Source: Octopus sinensis (Eukaryota). Taken from it: 64,000 nucleotides of DNA. The position numbers and the translations under genes are program-made. The notes under the pieces are model-generated. The model worked only from the letters and a program-made list of their open reading frames with translations, was not told the origin of the DNA and searched no databases. Shown here in pieces: positions 28,304 to 41,420 of this stretch. Position 1 is the stretch's first letter; every line of letters starts with the position of its first letter. The stretch lies in the NCBI RefSeq assembly GCF_006345805.1, contig NC_043010.1, positions 37,200,001 to 37,264,000 of the forward strand, given 5' to 3'.

Positions 28304-29178
28304 TTAAACTGACCATATCCGACCAAAATATTCTACTTGTTTTATGTTTAAACTGACTAGATTCAGCTTCTCACATCAAGCCTACAATGTCATTCTGTGA
28401 ATAAACAATCATATCATCGAAATATTGAAGCTAAGAGATAATGCATGATTAATTCAAAACAATCTGAATAAATAAATAATACATTTGACAGAGTAATCTG
28501 GATGCAAGAACAGTTTAATTTTAGCGAAATTTGGTAACAAAGGGGTTAATGGACTTTATAGAAACATTCCTATTGGTTCCTTTTACTGTCTATTTGTATA
28601 GCTACTCTAAGCCTTTCTAACCCTTGGAATTTGGAGGAACGGTTGTTGCTGTTGTTGTTATTGTTGTAGTTCAACGTAGACTCTAATTGAGCAGAGTTAT
28701 GATCAAAGGCAGTCAAGCCATGACCATCACATCTTATTTTAAAAGAAATATCATCCCTATTCAGACTACAAACTGAAACATTCTTTTATATATATATTAA
28801 AATTAAAATAAAATAAACGGTGTGATCTGAAGGAGATTTGGTGGGGCCCTCCTGCATGTAGAGCTAATTGAATGACTCCCATAGAGGCTTGCTTTTGGTT
28901 GAGCAACCATGCAGAGGCATCATTGGTTTGATGAATAAAGGGGTAACCAAATATAAAATGTAAAGAATAACAATATCAATAAATAAAATTTAGTGTTAGC
29001 ATTCTTTGGAACATTGATCTCTTCATTAGGCTCTGGATAGAGAAGAGGGGAAAAAAATAAGATAATATTTGCATCTGTACTATCTATCTTCTATAGTGAA
29101 GACACATAGCTTAACAGTCAGAGTGTTGGGTTCATGTTTATAGAGTTGTTGGTTCAATTCCTGAGCTAGGAATATATG

Positions 29179-29548
29179 GGAGTCGTTGTGTGGTAAGTAG
29201 CTTGCTTACCAACCACATGGCTCAGGGTTCAGTCCCACTGCGTGGCACCTTGGGCAAGTGTCTTCTACTATAGCCTTAGGCTGACCAAAGCCTTGTGAGT
29301 GGAATTGGTAGACGGAAACTGAAAGAAGCCCATTGTATGTGTGTCTGTGTTTGTCTCCCCACCACCACTTAACAACCGATGCTGGTATGTTTACATCCCC
29401 GTAACTTAGCGGTCTGGCAAAAGAGGCTGATAGAATAAGTACTAAGCTTACAAAAAACAAGTCCTGGGGTCGATTTTCTCGACTAAAGGCGGTGCTCCAG
29501 CATGGCCGCAGTCAAATGACTGAAACAAGTAAAAGAATATAAGAATAA
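29179..29548 (+). mobile_element. tRNA-derived SINE family B copy
   Basis: Colinear reverse-complement match to 19179-19616. Confidence 0.8.
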
Positions 29549-32086
29549 ACCAGCTAGATCCAGCCCGAATACTCAACCTGTTTTATGCTCACAGTGGCCA
29601 GATCCCACTTCTCAAACCTAGCCTGCAATGTCATTCTAATGATATACAACCACATCATCAAATTCCAAAGCTTCAAGTAGTGCCTGTTTAATTCAAAGCA
29701 ATGTGAATAAATAAGCATTGCCTTTGACAGAATAATCTGAATGCTAAAGGGTTAAACCGAAGCGTGTGAAGACTTGAGTTGCTAGTGCATATATGAGTAT
29801 ATATATATATATGTGTGTGTGTGTATATATATATATGGGTGTATGTATGCACAAGGTTAAGTTTACATGTGAGACAGAGAAAGAAAGAGATGGGGTCAAT
29901 AACTAGCTGTGACAACAGTTGCTGTGGAAACAGCAAAGGGGACACACACACACACCAAATAAACATTTTAAAGAACCAGAAATTATTAGGCTGGAAGGCA
30001 ACACCACACCACAAATTGTTCAAACCTAACTGCCAACCCAACCCAACCCAACCCAACCCAACCCCACCCAAGCACACAGTTTTCCTCTCACTCCTCTTTA
30101 CCTTTCTATCTCCTCTATTCCTCCCCCTTTTTTTTTCTTGTTGCTGTTCACCTTCTTTTTCACTGCCTCACTATTTCTCTCTCAAATGTCTACTTACCAA
30201 ATCCGCTTCTCCTCTTCCCTCTCTCTTCCCTAACATACTCTGCTATCTAAATATTTCCACATGTAACAATGCACTATACCATACAACCATGACTCCTGAT
30301 TATATATATATATATATATATATATTCACTTATTTATTCATTTATTTGTTTCAGTCATTTGACTGTGGCCATGCTGGAGCACTCCCTTTAGTCGAACAAA
30401 TCGACCTTAGGACTCATTCTTTGTAAACCTAGTACTTATTCTATCTGTCTCTTTTGCAAAACCGCTAAGTTATAGGGACACACCAACATCGGCTGTCAAG
30501 AGCTGTTGGTGGAGCAAACACAGACACACAAACATACACACACACAAACAAACACACACACACACATATACATATATACAAGGGGCTTGAATACTAATAG
30601 GTTAAAACAAGTGAATGTTATTGTTCAACACTAGGTCTGCATTGATCAATCAGAAGTAGGATCAACAGCTTTCCAGCCATGACTATTCCATTTCTAAAAG
30701 TCACATATCATTTATCTTTTGTCTTTTACTAGACTGCGACCATGCTGGGGCACCACCCTGAATAATTTTAGTCAAATGAATCAACACCAGACTTCTGTTT
30801 TTTTTTTTTTAAACCTTGTATTTATTCTATCAGTCTCTTCTGCTGTGCTGCTAAGTTACAGGGTGTAAACACACCAACAACAGTTGTCAAGTAGATGTTG
30901 GGGGCAAACACAGACACATGCACGTGCACACACACATATTTATATGCATATACAATTGGCTTCTTTCAGTTTCCGTCAGCCAAATCCACTCACAAGGCTT
31001 TGGTTGGCCTGAGGCTATAGCAGAAGACACTTGGCCAAAGTGCTAAGCAAAGTGCTTGCATGGCAATGTTGGTTGAGGACAAGTTTGATTTTGTCAACCC
31101 TTTCTCTCCTGTAATTTGATTTCTTCCTTTGCATTTTTGGTGGCATCATAGTTTTTGGTTTTGATGGCGATAGAACACCACCACCCGGTACAGTCTCAAG
31201 CTTGTGTTTCAAACGATTTAGGCTCAATTCAAATTAAAGGCAGTGTGTTTCATTTATACAAATTTCCTAGAAAAATGAGAATACATATTTAAAAAAAAAA
31301 ATTACAACTACTCTGATTTTCATAAATAATGCTAAATCTTATCGTCTGGTCAGGCCTTGAATCAGTAGACAGATCTACAGCACTGTATCATGTTGCTAAG
31401 CCAAGAATCAAGAAAGTGCTCAAGATATGGAGAGACCATATTTGCTCTCTGTGAATATTCACTGATACAGTCAATGCATGCACCACCGGTCCACAATACC
31501 CCCCCACACACACACACACAAACACATACATACATGCAAATACACTCAAACCCCTACACACACACACACACACACATACACAGTTACCTACTCCCACCAC
31601 CTCCACAATCACCTCTCTTTCTATTCCCCTTTTCTCTCCTTGTTGATTTGCTGTTAAGTCAGCACTGAACTACTTATTGTATGCTGTAGATTTGGTTTTT
31701 ATGTTTGTTTTTATACAGGTAGTGGGGGAGGGGTTGGGGTGGTGGCAGTGATAGTGATGATGGTGATAGTGGTGGTGGTGGTGTTATAAAGGTAATGGGT
31801 GTACTAACTGTGGTATTGGTAGTGGTTGTGATGTTAGTTATGAATGGTGGCAGTTGTGGTAATGAGCAGTGGTTTCAGAGAGCTTTAACTGCTATTTCTA
31901 GCCAGTCGAACGACCATGTAGTGGTTCCATCATTGAAGGCGTGGGGGCGGGGGAAGGCCTGGTGATTAAGATAGTTTTCATACAGAGGTGGTGGTAGTGT
32001 TGGTGGAGGTGGCAGCAGTGAGTGTGTATATGATTGCACAAGTGTGCGTTTGTGTGTGTGTGAGAGAGAGAGAAAGTGTGTGTGTT

Positions 32087-32119
<33 letters not shown>

Positions 32120-32420
32120 AAGTGTGTGTGTGTGTTGAACTTATAACACCCTGTCTGCCAAGCGGTTATTTCACTTTGCCCTTCTTTGACATATCAACTG
32201 TTATAAAAACTAATGAAGGGAGATAAATCACACACCTTGGATTAGCAAAAACAAAACAAAAAACCCACAAATTTCTTCATTCAGTATGTATAATAGTATA
32301 CATGTGCACACACGTGTGTGTGTGTGTTGTGTGTGTGTGTGGCTGGAAGTGGGAATTTTCTTCTTTCTTTTCTTTCCTTTTGATTTATGTCAGTTACTCA
32401 ATGCTATTGTTCTGTATGTC

Positions 32421-32455
<35 letters not shown>

Positions 32456-32911
32456 CACACACATACACATATATATATATATATACACATACACACACAC
32501 ACTCACACACATGGTTGCTGTTATTACTACTCTTGCTGTCTCCAGGTATTACCTATTCTAATCATTTGGTGCCTGTGGTGGTGGTGGTAGTGGTGGTGAT
32601 TGCAGATAGATTGAAGAGAGAGAAATGAAAGCAGGTGGACATCATAGAAAGGTGGTGGCTGGGGGGGGTGGACAACAGATTGGTGTTGTTGTTGTTGTGT
32701 TGTTGTTGTTTTATCTATCTATTAAACCCATAAGGAAGGAAAAGAAAACTCCACCAGGTGTGTGACAGAAGGGAGGGTGTGCACACGTGGTGGTGGTGGT
32801 CAGGGATGGAGAGAGGTAAGGGAAGAAAAAAGAAAATAAGTCTCTTCATACAATTTACCTGGTTGTTATGGCAGTGTCTTAAGTAACAAAAACTTCTCTC
32901 TCTTTCTTTCT

Positions 32912-32946
<35 letters not shown>

Positions 32947-33008
32947 CCTTAATTAGACAAAGCAGAAGAAAAAGGGTAGTTTCACCCCCACAGCTCCCTT
33001 TCCATTCC

Positions 33009-33039
<31 letters not shown>

Positions 33040-33208
33040 ATCTGCCTCTCTTTCTCTCTTTCTCCCCCTTCTCTCTTAACTAGACAAAGCAGAAGAAAAA
33101 AGGTGGTTTCACTCCCACCCTACAACTCTCCATTCCTTCCTTCCTTTCCATGTCAGACAAGATCCCCCTCCTCAAGATCAGAAAGTTAGAATATGTAAAG
33201 GAAAATGA

Positions 33209-33251
<43 letters not shown>

Positions 33252-33607
33252 TAGGTATATAATTACCCAGTTTTCACTTTTATTATTGGTCTTTGTTTAA
33301 TTTTCAAACAGGAAGTAGATCTCTAGTCAATGCCTGTTCCTACGTTCGACCCCTCCACCATATATATATTTTTATTTTTATTTTTTTCTGTTTTTTTTTG
33401 TGTGTGGGTGGAGGGAGTAGAGGGCATTGTTTTTCTTTCTTTTCCCTTGTTCCTTGTGTTGTGTGTTAATCTTCTTCCTCTGGTAAGTCAGATCACCTAA
33501 CAAACACACACACAAGGCAGCAACTTCAGTAGATGCAATTAAGACAACCTGTTTAACAGCTTGGCTTCTCCAAAAATGAAAATGGCTTTGCCTAAACAAA
33601 CAAAAGT

Positions 33608-34090
33608 AAAGGTATGAATGAGGACTGCTGCATAAAGAAGGGCCCAGAGCTCTAATTGTGGAGAGTACCTGAGCTCTAATTGTAGAGGGTACCTGTGGAA
33701 GGAGTAGACCCAGGAAGACAGGAGATCTTCAGACACTGGGTCTCACTGAGGAAATGACAAGGGACCAGGAGACGTGGCAATTTGCTGTCTTTGATAAGAC
33801 ATGTCGAGCTAAGTAAAATCGCTGTCTTCCACACATACAAGCTTGTCCTTTCAGTGACGGGTGCCACATAAAAAGGACCCATGAATGCACCCGTGCCATT
33901 GGCACGTAAAAAACACCCAGCACACTCTGTTAAGTTGTTGGTGTCAGGAAGGGCATCCAACTGCAGAAACCATCCATGCCCCAACAGACAATTGGAGTCC
34001 GGACAGCTCCGAGCTGGCCAGCTCTATATCAAACCATCCAACCCATACCAACACAGAAAGCAGATGTTAAACAATGGTGATGATGATGAT
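33608..34090 (+). mobile_element. 5'-truncated RTE-clade LINE: C-terminal coding remnant plus 3' UTR
   Basis: Translates LIVEGTCGRSRPRKT-GDLQTLGLTEEMTRDQETWQFAVFDKTCRAK* (stop 33814-33816), followed by the aggaagggcatcc tail and (GAT)n. Confidence 0.8.
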
Positions 34091-36186
34091 TTTTGCTCTG
34101 ATTTCTAAAGAAAAACCAATCTCTGTTGTGTGTAAATTAATGACACCTTTTTTAACAATGTGGGAACTTCTGCTACATGGTTTGCTTGACCTGCTAAAAA
34201 TAACAACTGAATTCTCGTCACTGAAACATTACACCTGAATTCCTTTAAAAGTGGTAGGACACACATTGGATAAAGTAGTTCCTGGTTACCCTATATCTCT
34301 GCAAGGAAAAGACGGGGCAATCACAACGGAAGCATCTTTGATCATATATCTGGAACAACATTAACTGTTTTGTTATCCGCTTCCTGTTGAAATGCATTAC
34401 TTTCATTTCAATTTATTTCAAAAATTACAAAGAATTTACTAAAATAGCTTTGTCAATTATTAAGCTGTTTTTTTTGTTGTTTTTTTTTTAACATAAATTA
34501 ACATGGAATTTTGATGAAAGGTTTTAATTTAGATTATTTTAAATTGGGAAGTTTTTATCATAGAATCAAGGGAGATCTTTTGCAGGTTGATAGTGAAAGG
34601 GTTAATAGCAATCATGGACTAGTAATATCAACATTTAATTTAGAAAATTAAACGATTGTGTTTTGTTTGCTTTTGTCTTAATCACGTTTTATTGTATTCA
34701 CTGATTGAGTCTCTCTGGGATCTATTGTTTAAGGTAAGAGCAAAACTGATGTGTCTTCTTCATACATCTGCATACAAATTGGATTTTGATAGTAAGAATT
34801 TATAGCACTCCATTTCCTTTCCAGAGGAGCTTAATGATAGCTGACATTTTGCCAACTTTGGAGGGTTTTTTTTTTAGCCCTAACTTCAAGAAACCATTGA
34901 CTTCAGCTATTTCTGTTTCCTTCACCAACAGCCATCATCATCATCATCATAATAATTTAATATTGATCTTCCACGCTAGTACAAATTAGATACTGTGACA
35001 GAATCTGGTAAGCTTGGAGGACTGCTCCAAGCTCTTTGGTATAGTTTCTATGGTGGGATGTCCTAAACAAATATTTGCACTTTATTTTTATTTATTGAGT
35101 TCTTTGCCTTCAATTGTAGCTCTTTCAGTCTGTGCAGTATTGATATGATAGATTGAACCTCTGCACTATGGATGTCACATGTGTAATCCAGAGGTTTTAT
35201 GCCATAGATGCTGTCTGTATACCTGAAATATTTCTTCTGAGTTGCAGAGGTTCACTTAGAGCAGAAACGGTAACCTTTATGTTACAATAGACATAGGATG
35301 TAATTTAAAGATAGTTTGGCTGCTATTTCTAACAGATAAAGCAACAATGCTTTGTCTGTTAGATCCAAATCACACAAAAATTATACTCTACTATCTTCAA
35401 AAATAAAAGGGAAATGTTGAATAATCTAGGATACACTGTGTCTGGTTGGATGGTCATGGTTGGTAACCTTTGATCCTCATTAACTAGGATCTAAGTAACT
35501 GCGACACTGTTGGAAGCCACTATGAGTCACCATGACAGCCTTTGCTAGGTATAGCAGTTAAATCTCAAACCACACCTTACTGTCTTCAAAAGGACAGAAC
35601 TCATAGCTTAATGTAGTCTTGGATATAATATTTCTGCAGGTAACAAGGTGATAGTCATGGGTGGAATGCCTTTGGCTATAGATGTGTTGCATCTGGGCTA
35701 ACAATAACAATTAGCATGCTGCCAATATTTTACTAAATTTTACCAAAATTTTCATTAAATTTAAAATGAATAATACGTAGACAATGTCTGTTCCTGTTAG
35801 AAATATCATCAAAGGATTAATGTTCTCACCTGCCACAGACTCTACATGATGGGAATATCCGTTTGATATATTCATATATCATTACAGTCCATACATCAAT
35901 AGATATGATATATCTTGTAATATTATTAATATATTTTATGTATTCTATTAAACATCAATATATAGGTTATATATTATAATATCAAAATAATATCAATATA
36001 TATATATGTTACAAATTGTAATATCATATATATTAATGTATATGCTATATATTGCAATATCAAGCATCTGTGTGTGTGTGTGTGTGCGTGTGTGTGTGTG
36101 TGCATGTATTCTTTTATTCTTTTACTTGTTTCAGTCATTTGACTGCAGCCTTGCTGGAGCACATACGTATATATGACCATTCCTAA

Positions 36187-36224
<38 letters not shown>

Positions 36225-36599
36225 CTAGCAGTATTGCCTGGCATTGCTCAGGTTTGTCTCAACCCTTTAGAATTGGAATTTTTGAAAAGTAAAAATTTTG
36301 CATTATGTAGCTTGTTATTCTCTTTAAGTGATCATTTTTCTGGTTGAAATACACGCAAAAATGGCAACACAGCAGTAAAAAAATCGTAAAAAATAGGAAT
36401 TTTCATAGAAAAAAAGCACCTTTTTGATGTAAATAATTTTTGGTCTTAACATGGTCCGATTTGAATTTTATCTTCTATGGAATGAAGAGCAAGCCTTCTA
36501 TCATACTCTAAATTTTGGTCAACTTGCGCCGCAGGGTCTTGGAGGAGATAGTGTTAGTTGAAGGCTACCAAACCTGCCACACAGAGACAACTTCAGCTT

Positions 36600-36625
<26 letters not shown>
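36225..36625 (-). mobile_element. Non-autonomous Helitron-like element
   Basis: On the minus strand it begins tctctatatata...aaag and ends with a subterminal hairpin plus CTAG|T. The terminal 34 bp match those of 59224-59597 at 30/34. Confidence 0.7.
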
Positions 36626-36632
<7 letters not shown>

Positions 36633-36889
36633 CAATGTCAAACAGTTTGTGTATTATATGTTGTAATAACAAGCATCTGTGTATGCATGTTATACATTGT
36701 AACAGCAAGCAACAATACACACACTCATATATGTTATTCTCTTTGCAACATTTACTGATAATTTCTCTTTCTCCTATTCTCTAAGTAAATGTGAGTAGCC
36801 TGTACAAGAACCTGCACTTACCATACCTGCTTCTCTTAGCTTAACCTCTCATTCCTTAGCATGAAGGTGGCTCTCCAACACCTTTTTGA

Positions 36890-37078
36890 TGTAAATAATT
36901 TTTGGTGTTAACATGGTCCGATTTGAATTTTATCTCCTATGGAATGAAGAGCAAGCCTTCTTCTATCATACACCCAATTTTGGTCAACTTGCACCGCAGG
37001 GTCTTGGAGGAGATCGTGTTAGTTGAAGGCTACCAAACCTGCCATACAACAGACAACTTCAGCTTTATATAGAGAGAG
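36890..37078 (-). mobile_element. Partial second copy (5' half) of the 36225-36625 Helitron-like element
   Basis: Near-identical direct repeat of about 36420-36625, lacking the CTAG end. Confidence 0.7.
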
Positions 37079-37643
37079 ATTAAGTAGAGGTAGGTGGAAA
37101 CTAAGTGGAAGCCCATAAAGTTGATTGTATCTGTAAATCAGCCATATCTCTGATTTTGCAACCCTTTAGCATTTAAACCTGCTGTATCCAGCCTAAATAT
37201 TCCCCTTGCATTATGTTCAAACTAGCCTCTCACACTTACCCTACAATGTCCTTTCTGAATATAAACAATCGCATCATTAAAAATTTGAAGCTGCAAGATA
37301 ATTTATGATTGATTGAAAGCGATGTGAATAAATAAGCATTTTATTTGACAGATTGCTTTGAATGATTAAAGGGTTAGGCTCAGAAGTAGATGCGCCTGTG
37401 GAATAGTAATGCTCTGTTATATGCACTATAATTCATCGTTGTATCCGACTGAGGATCCATTAGACGTGCATTCATTTGTTCATGTGGGAGTTGCAGTGGT
37501 TTGTATGTTTGTGTGTGTGTGTGTGTGTATGTGTGCGTGTGATCGTTTTTTTTTTTAAACAATAAGAAATCATTTAAAAAAAAAGATAAGCAATTTTACA
37601 TTTCTCTTTCTTTCCTGCGCCCCCTACTTTCATTTTCTCTTTC

Positions 37644-37685
<42 letters not shown>

Positions 37686-38202
37686 ACACTTGCCCTCTTT
37701 CTCTCCTCCCACCTTCTAATCAATCTATCTCTCACCATCTTACACAACACTGTGCTTGGCTGTCTCTGTAAGCACTCACCACCATCACCACCACCACCAC
37801 ACCACCACCACCTACTCCCCACCCCACCGCCTCTGCCATGACCAAGCACTCTCTAATCAAGAATTAATTTTAATTACCATATCTTCCAAATACTTCTCTA
37901 ATCAATGAGTCTGAATTAACTTCTCCCCGACAACAACAGATTCTATTTCCGTAAACTTTCCTCTTCTTTTTTTTTCCTTTTTTGTTGTTGTTGTTATATA
38001 ATTTTATTGTTTTTATCTTTTTTATCTAATATCTTTTTATTTTTTTGTTAATGCTTCCACCTACCTCCTCCTCCCCTCTCTCTTTTCTTTCCTCGTCTTC
38101 GTTTCTGTTATCATTAATTCTAGATTCATTTACATATTACAATCTAATTCTGCAAAGTTTCTCAAAAATGGTAATTGAAAACAAAAAGAAACAAAACTAT
38201 AT

Positions 38203-38328
<126 letters not shown>

Positions 38329-38549
38329 TTGTATGGAAGATTGAAACATGTGATAGATCAAAATTATTATCAGTAATAGTGGTGCTAGTACAAATAGAAA
38401 GAATTATCGTTGTTATTATTATTATTATTATTACTATTTCACAGGAAGGAAAAGAAGAGAGGAAGGACAGCAAGATGTGAGAGAGAGAGTTGTAGGTGGG
38501 TGGGGGTGGGGGCAGCAGAGACAGACAGAGAAGACTATTATTATTATTA

Positions 38550-38583
<34 letters not shown>

Positions 38584-38640
38584 CATCACTACTTCTACTA
38601 TTATTTGATGAAAACCATTTAGGTTTCAGTCAAATCTCTT

Positions 38641-38686
<46 letters not shown>

Positions 38687-40023
38687 ACTCTTTCTCTCTC
38701 TCTCTCTCTCTCTCAACTTGTTAGTATTCACAACACAAATGGCGTTTGATATTCTGATATATTCATATAGAGTCATGTATCTTGTTCAAGGTTTAACTTG
38801 TTAGCAGTCATAATCTAAATGGCTGTTAGATGTTGCTACATTTCTACAGCGAAGAATAATATGTCTTGTCTCAGATTTAACAGCTTAGCTTTCATTATAC
38901 TTATACTTCAAGATATTGCAATGTATTCATTTAGAGTGGAGTGGTGTGTCTTGCCTAAGGTTTAATTCTTTACTGCTTGTGACACTGATTATGTTAGCTA
39001 TCTTTTACTTGTTTTGGTCATTAGACTGTAGCCATGCAAGGGGCACCGCCTTGAAAGGTTTTAGTTGAACAAATTGACCCCAAGACATATGTCACTTTTG
39101 CAGAACTGCTAAGCTACGGAGATGTAAACACACCAACACAGGTTGTCATGCACTGGTGGGGGACAAACACAAACACAGACCTGCAATCATAGACACACAC
39201 ACACACACACACATTCTACAGGCTTCTTTCAGTTTCCATCTACCAAATGCATCTACAAAGCTTTGTTCAGCCCGAGGCTATATAGTTAAAGACACTTGCC
39301 CTAGGTGTCATACAGTGAGATTGAACCTGGTAGCATGTGGTTGGGAAGTAAGCTTCTTAGCAGACATCCATACCAGCATCTGTATATTTTAACAGTTTAG
39401 AAACTTTGAGAGAGATGAAGTAAATTATTTTTATGAGTGGGACTTGAAGTAGATAAAGCTATAAACAATTATATGTATGGCTTAAAAAGGCCTTTGCATG
39501 GAAAAAAAGTCAACATTTTTTCCATCCAAGAGGTTTTTTAACCCAACATTCTACACATTTTTACTTCTGTTATTTGCAGCCTTACCACCATCATTAAAAA
39601 TAATTTACTCTGTATGTGTGAAGGCATGTGGCCTAGTGATGAAAGCAAAGTATTTCTTATGCAGAGTCAGAAATCCGGGATCTGGAATTACCCAGTCATT
39701 TTTTTTTGCTAGTTTATATTGTCTCTTTGTCTTCTCTCCTGGTGCTGTATGAACATTTGATGCGGTTTTAGAGTCAAGTTTTGGCTGCTATTTCTAGCAT
39801 GGTGGTATTTTTTAGATACCCTTAATTACAATATATATATATATATATATATCATTTAATATACACAGTACTTAAATATATATATATCTGATATATAAAT
39901 CTGCCAGTTTATTGTGCTTCCTCAGCATGAAACTAATAGTAGCTCATATTTAGGTAATGAATGTATCAAATGATGTTTATCCCTCAATGGATGGAGGATA
40001 TATATATATAAATATATAAAGAA

Positions 40024-40252
40024 GGCGGCGAGCTGGTAGAAACGTTAGCACGCCGGGCGAAATTCGTAGCCGTATTTCGTCTGTCGTTACGTTCCAAGTT
40101 CAAATTCCGCCAAGGTCGACTTTGCCTTTCATCCTTTCGGGGTCGATAAATTAAGTACCAGTTACGCACTGGGGTCGATGTAGTCGACTTAATCCCTTTG
40201 TCTGTCCTTGTTTGTCCCCTCTGTGTTTAGCCCCTTGTGGGTAGTAAAGAAA
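40024..40252 (+). mobile_element. SINE family A full-length copy with CpGs largely intact, inserted in (AT)n
   Basis: Complete head, core and tail; closely similar to 43143-43368. Confidence 0.85.
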
Positions 40253-40266
40253 TATATATATATATA

Positions 40267-40789
40267 AATTAAATTAGAGATAAAACCACTATTAGGCAAA
40301 TCAAACAGTGAAAAACATAAACCAAAACATAAAAATAAATATAATTAATATAATATACAAAAAATATAAAATTAAAAATTTTGATTTGCCTAATAGTGGT
40401 TTTATCTCTAATTTAATTATATTTATACTGTGAAATTTGATTTAATCTTAAATCTAATTTTTCCCTGTAAGTTTGGATTTAATCCCTAATATTATTATTA
40501 TTATTATTATTATCATATATATATATATATATATAATATATATATATAAATTAAATTAGAGATAAAACCACTATTAGGCAAATCAAACAGTGAAAAACAT
40601 AAACCAAAACATAAAAATAAATATAATTAATATAATATACAAAAAATATAAAATTATAAATTTTGATTTGCCTAATAGTGGTTTTATCTTTAATTTATAT
40701 TTATACTGTGAAATTTGATTTAATCTTAAATCTAATTTTTCCCTGTAAGTTTGGATTTAATCCCTAATATTATTATTATTATTATTATT

Positions 40790-40795
<6 letters not shown>
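40267..40795. repeat. Tandem duplication (282-bp offset) of an AT-rich unit containing a 39-bp inverted repeat
   Basis: aattaaattagagataaaaccactattaggcaaatcaaa (40267-40305) is the exact reverse complement of 40380-40418. The unit repeats from 40549. Confidence 0.9.
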
Positions 40796-40821
<26 letters not shown>

Positions 40822-40829
<8 letters not shown>

Positions 40830-41420
40830 CTTAAAGTTTATAGTGATCACCGTGCAATGACTGAGGAAAATAGTCTAAAAATGAGGTATATAAGCCCTCG
40901 ACAGAAAGAAAGTAGGCTTTCCCATTTGTGTGGGACTCGAACCCACATCCCTTTGTTAACGTGACTAAGTGTGTTACCATTACACCAGCAGTCATTGTGC
41001 GGTGATCACTATAAGCTTTAAGCTTATATAAACACCATTATTATTATTTACAGCATTGTAAAACTCGGCACTGTATAACAAAACTATTCGCACCGAAAGC
41101 ACATAGAAGTTTGGTTACAAAAAAGACTACTACAAACTAATATAGTTCTTAAATTTGACAGAAACAGGGAGGCTAATTTACTAGTGTAATGGTAACACAC
41201 TTAGTCACACTAACAAAAGGATGTGGGTTCAAGTCCCATTCAGATGGGAAAGCCTATTTTTTTCTGTCGAGGGCTTATATGGCCCATTATTAGACTATTT
41301 TCCTAAGTCATTGCATGGTGATCGCTGTAAGCTTGAAGCTTATATAAATACCATTATTATTTTCAGGATTGTAAAACTTGGCACTGTATAATGAAACCAT
41401 TTGCACCAAAGGCATATAAA
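40822..41420. mobile_element. Two copies of a second tRNA-headed element in opposite orientation; first copy bracketed by 41-bp inverted repeats
   Basis: tRNA-like head (D-arm gtgt/acac, T-arm gtggg-ttcgagt-cccac) on minus 40927-40989 and plus 41181-41240. IRs at 40822-40862 and 40990-41030 match at 38/41. A shared tail lies at 40990-41110 and 41306-41420. Confidence 0.7.

Noticed and set aside
31015-31227. 70-aa minus-strand ORF with protein-like composition
   Set aside because: No recognisable homology, partly within a SINE, no clear splice signals.
32860-32880. RFX X-box-like gttgttatggcag
   Set aside because: Imperfect single motif, expected by chance in 64 kb.
40861-40910. Hammerhead in the second tRNA-headed element (ctgagga ... 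gaaa)
   Set aside because: The intervening sequence does not form a helix II directly closing the core.
40927-40989. Functional tRNA gene
   Set aside because: D- and T-arms pair, but the anticodon loop lacks U33 and no acceptor stem forms; treated as a SINE-type head.
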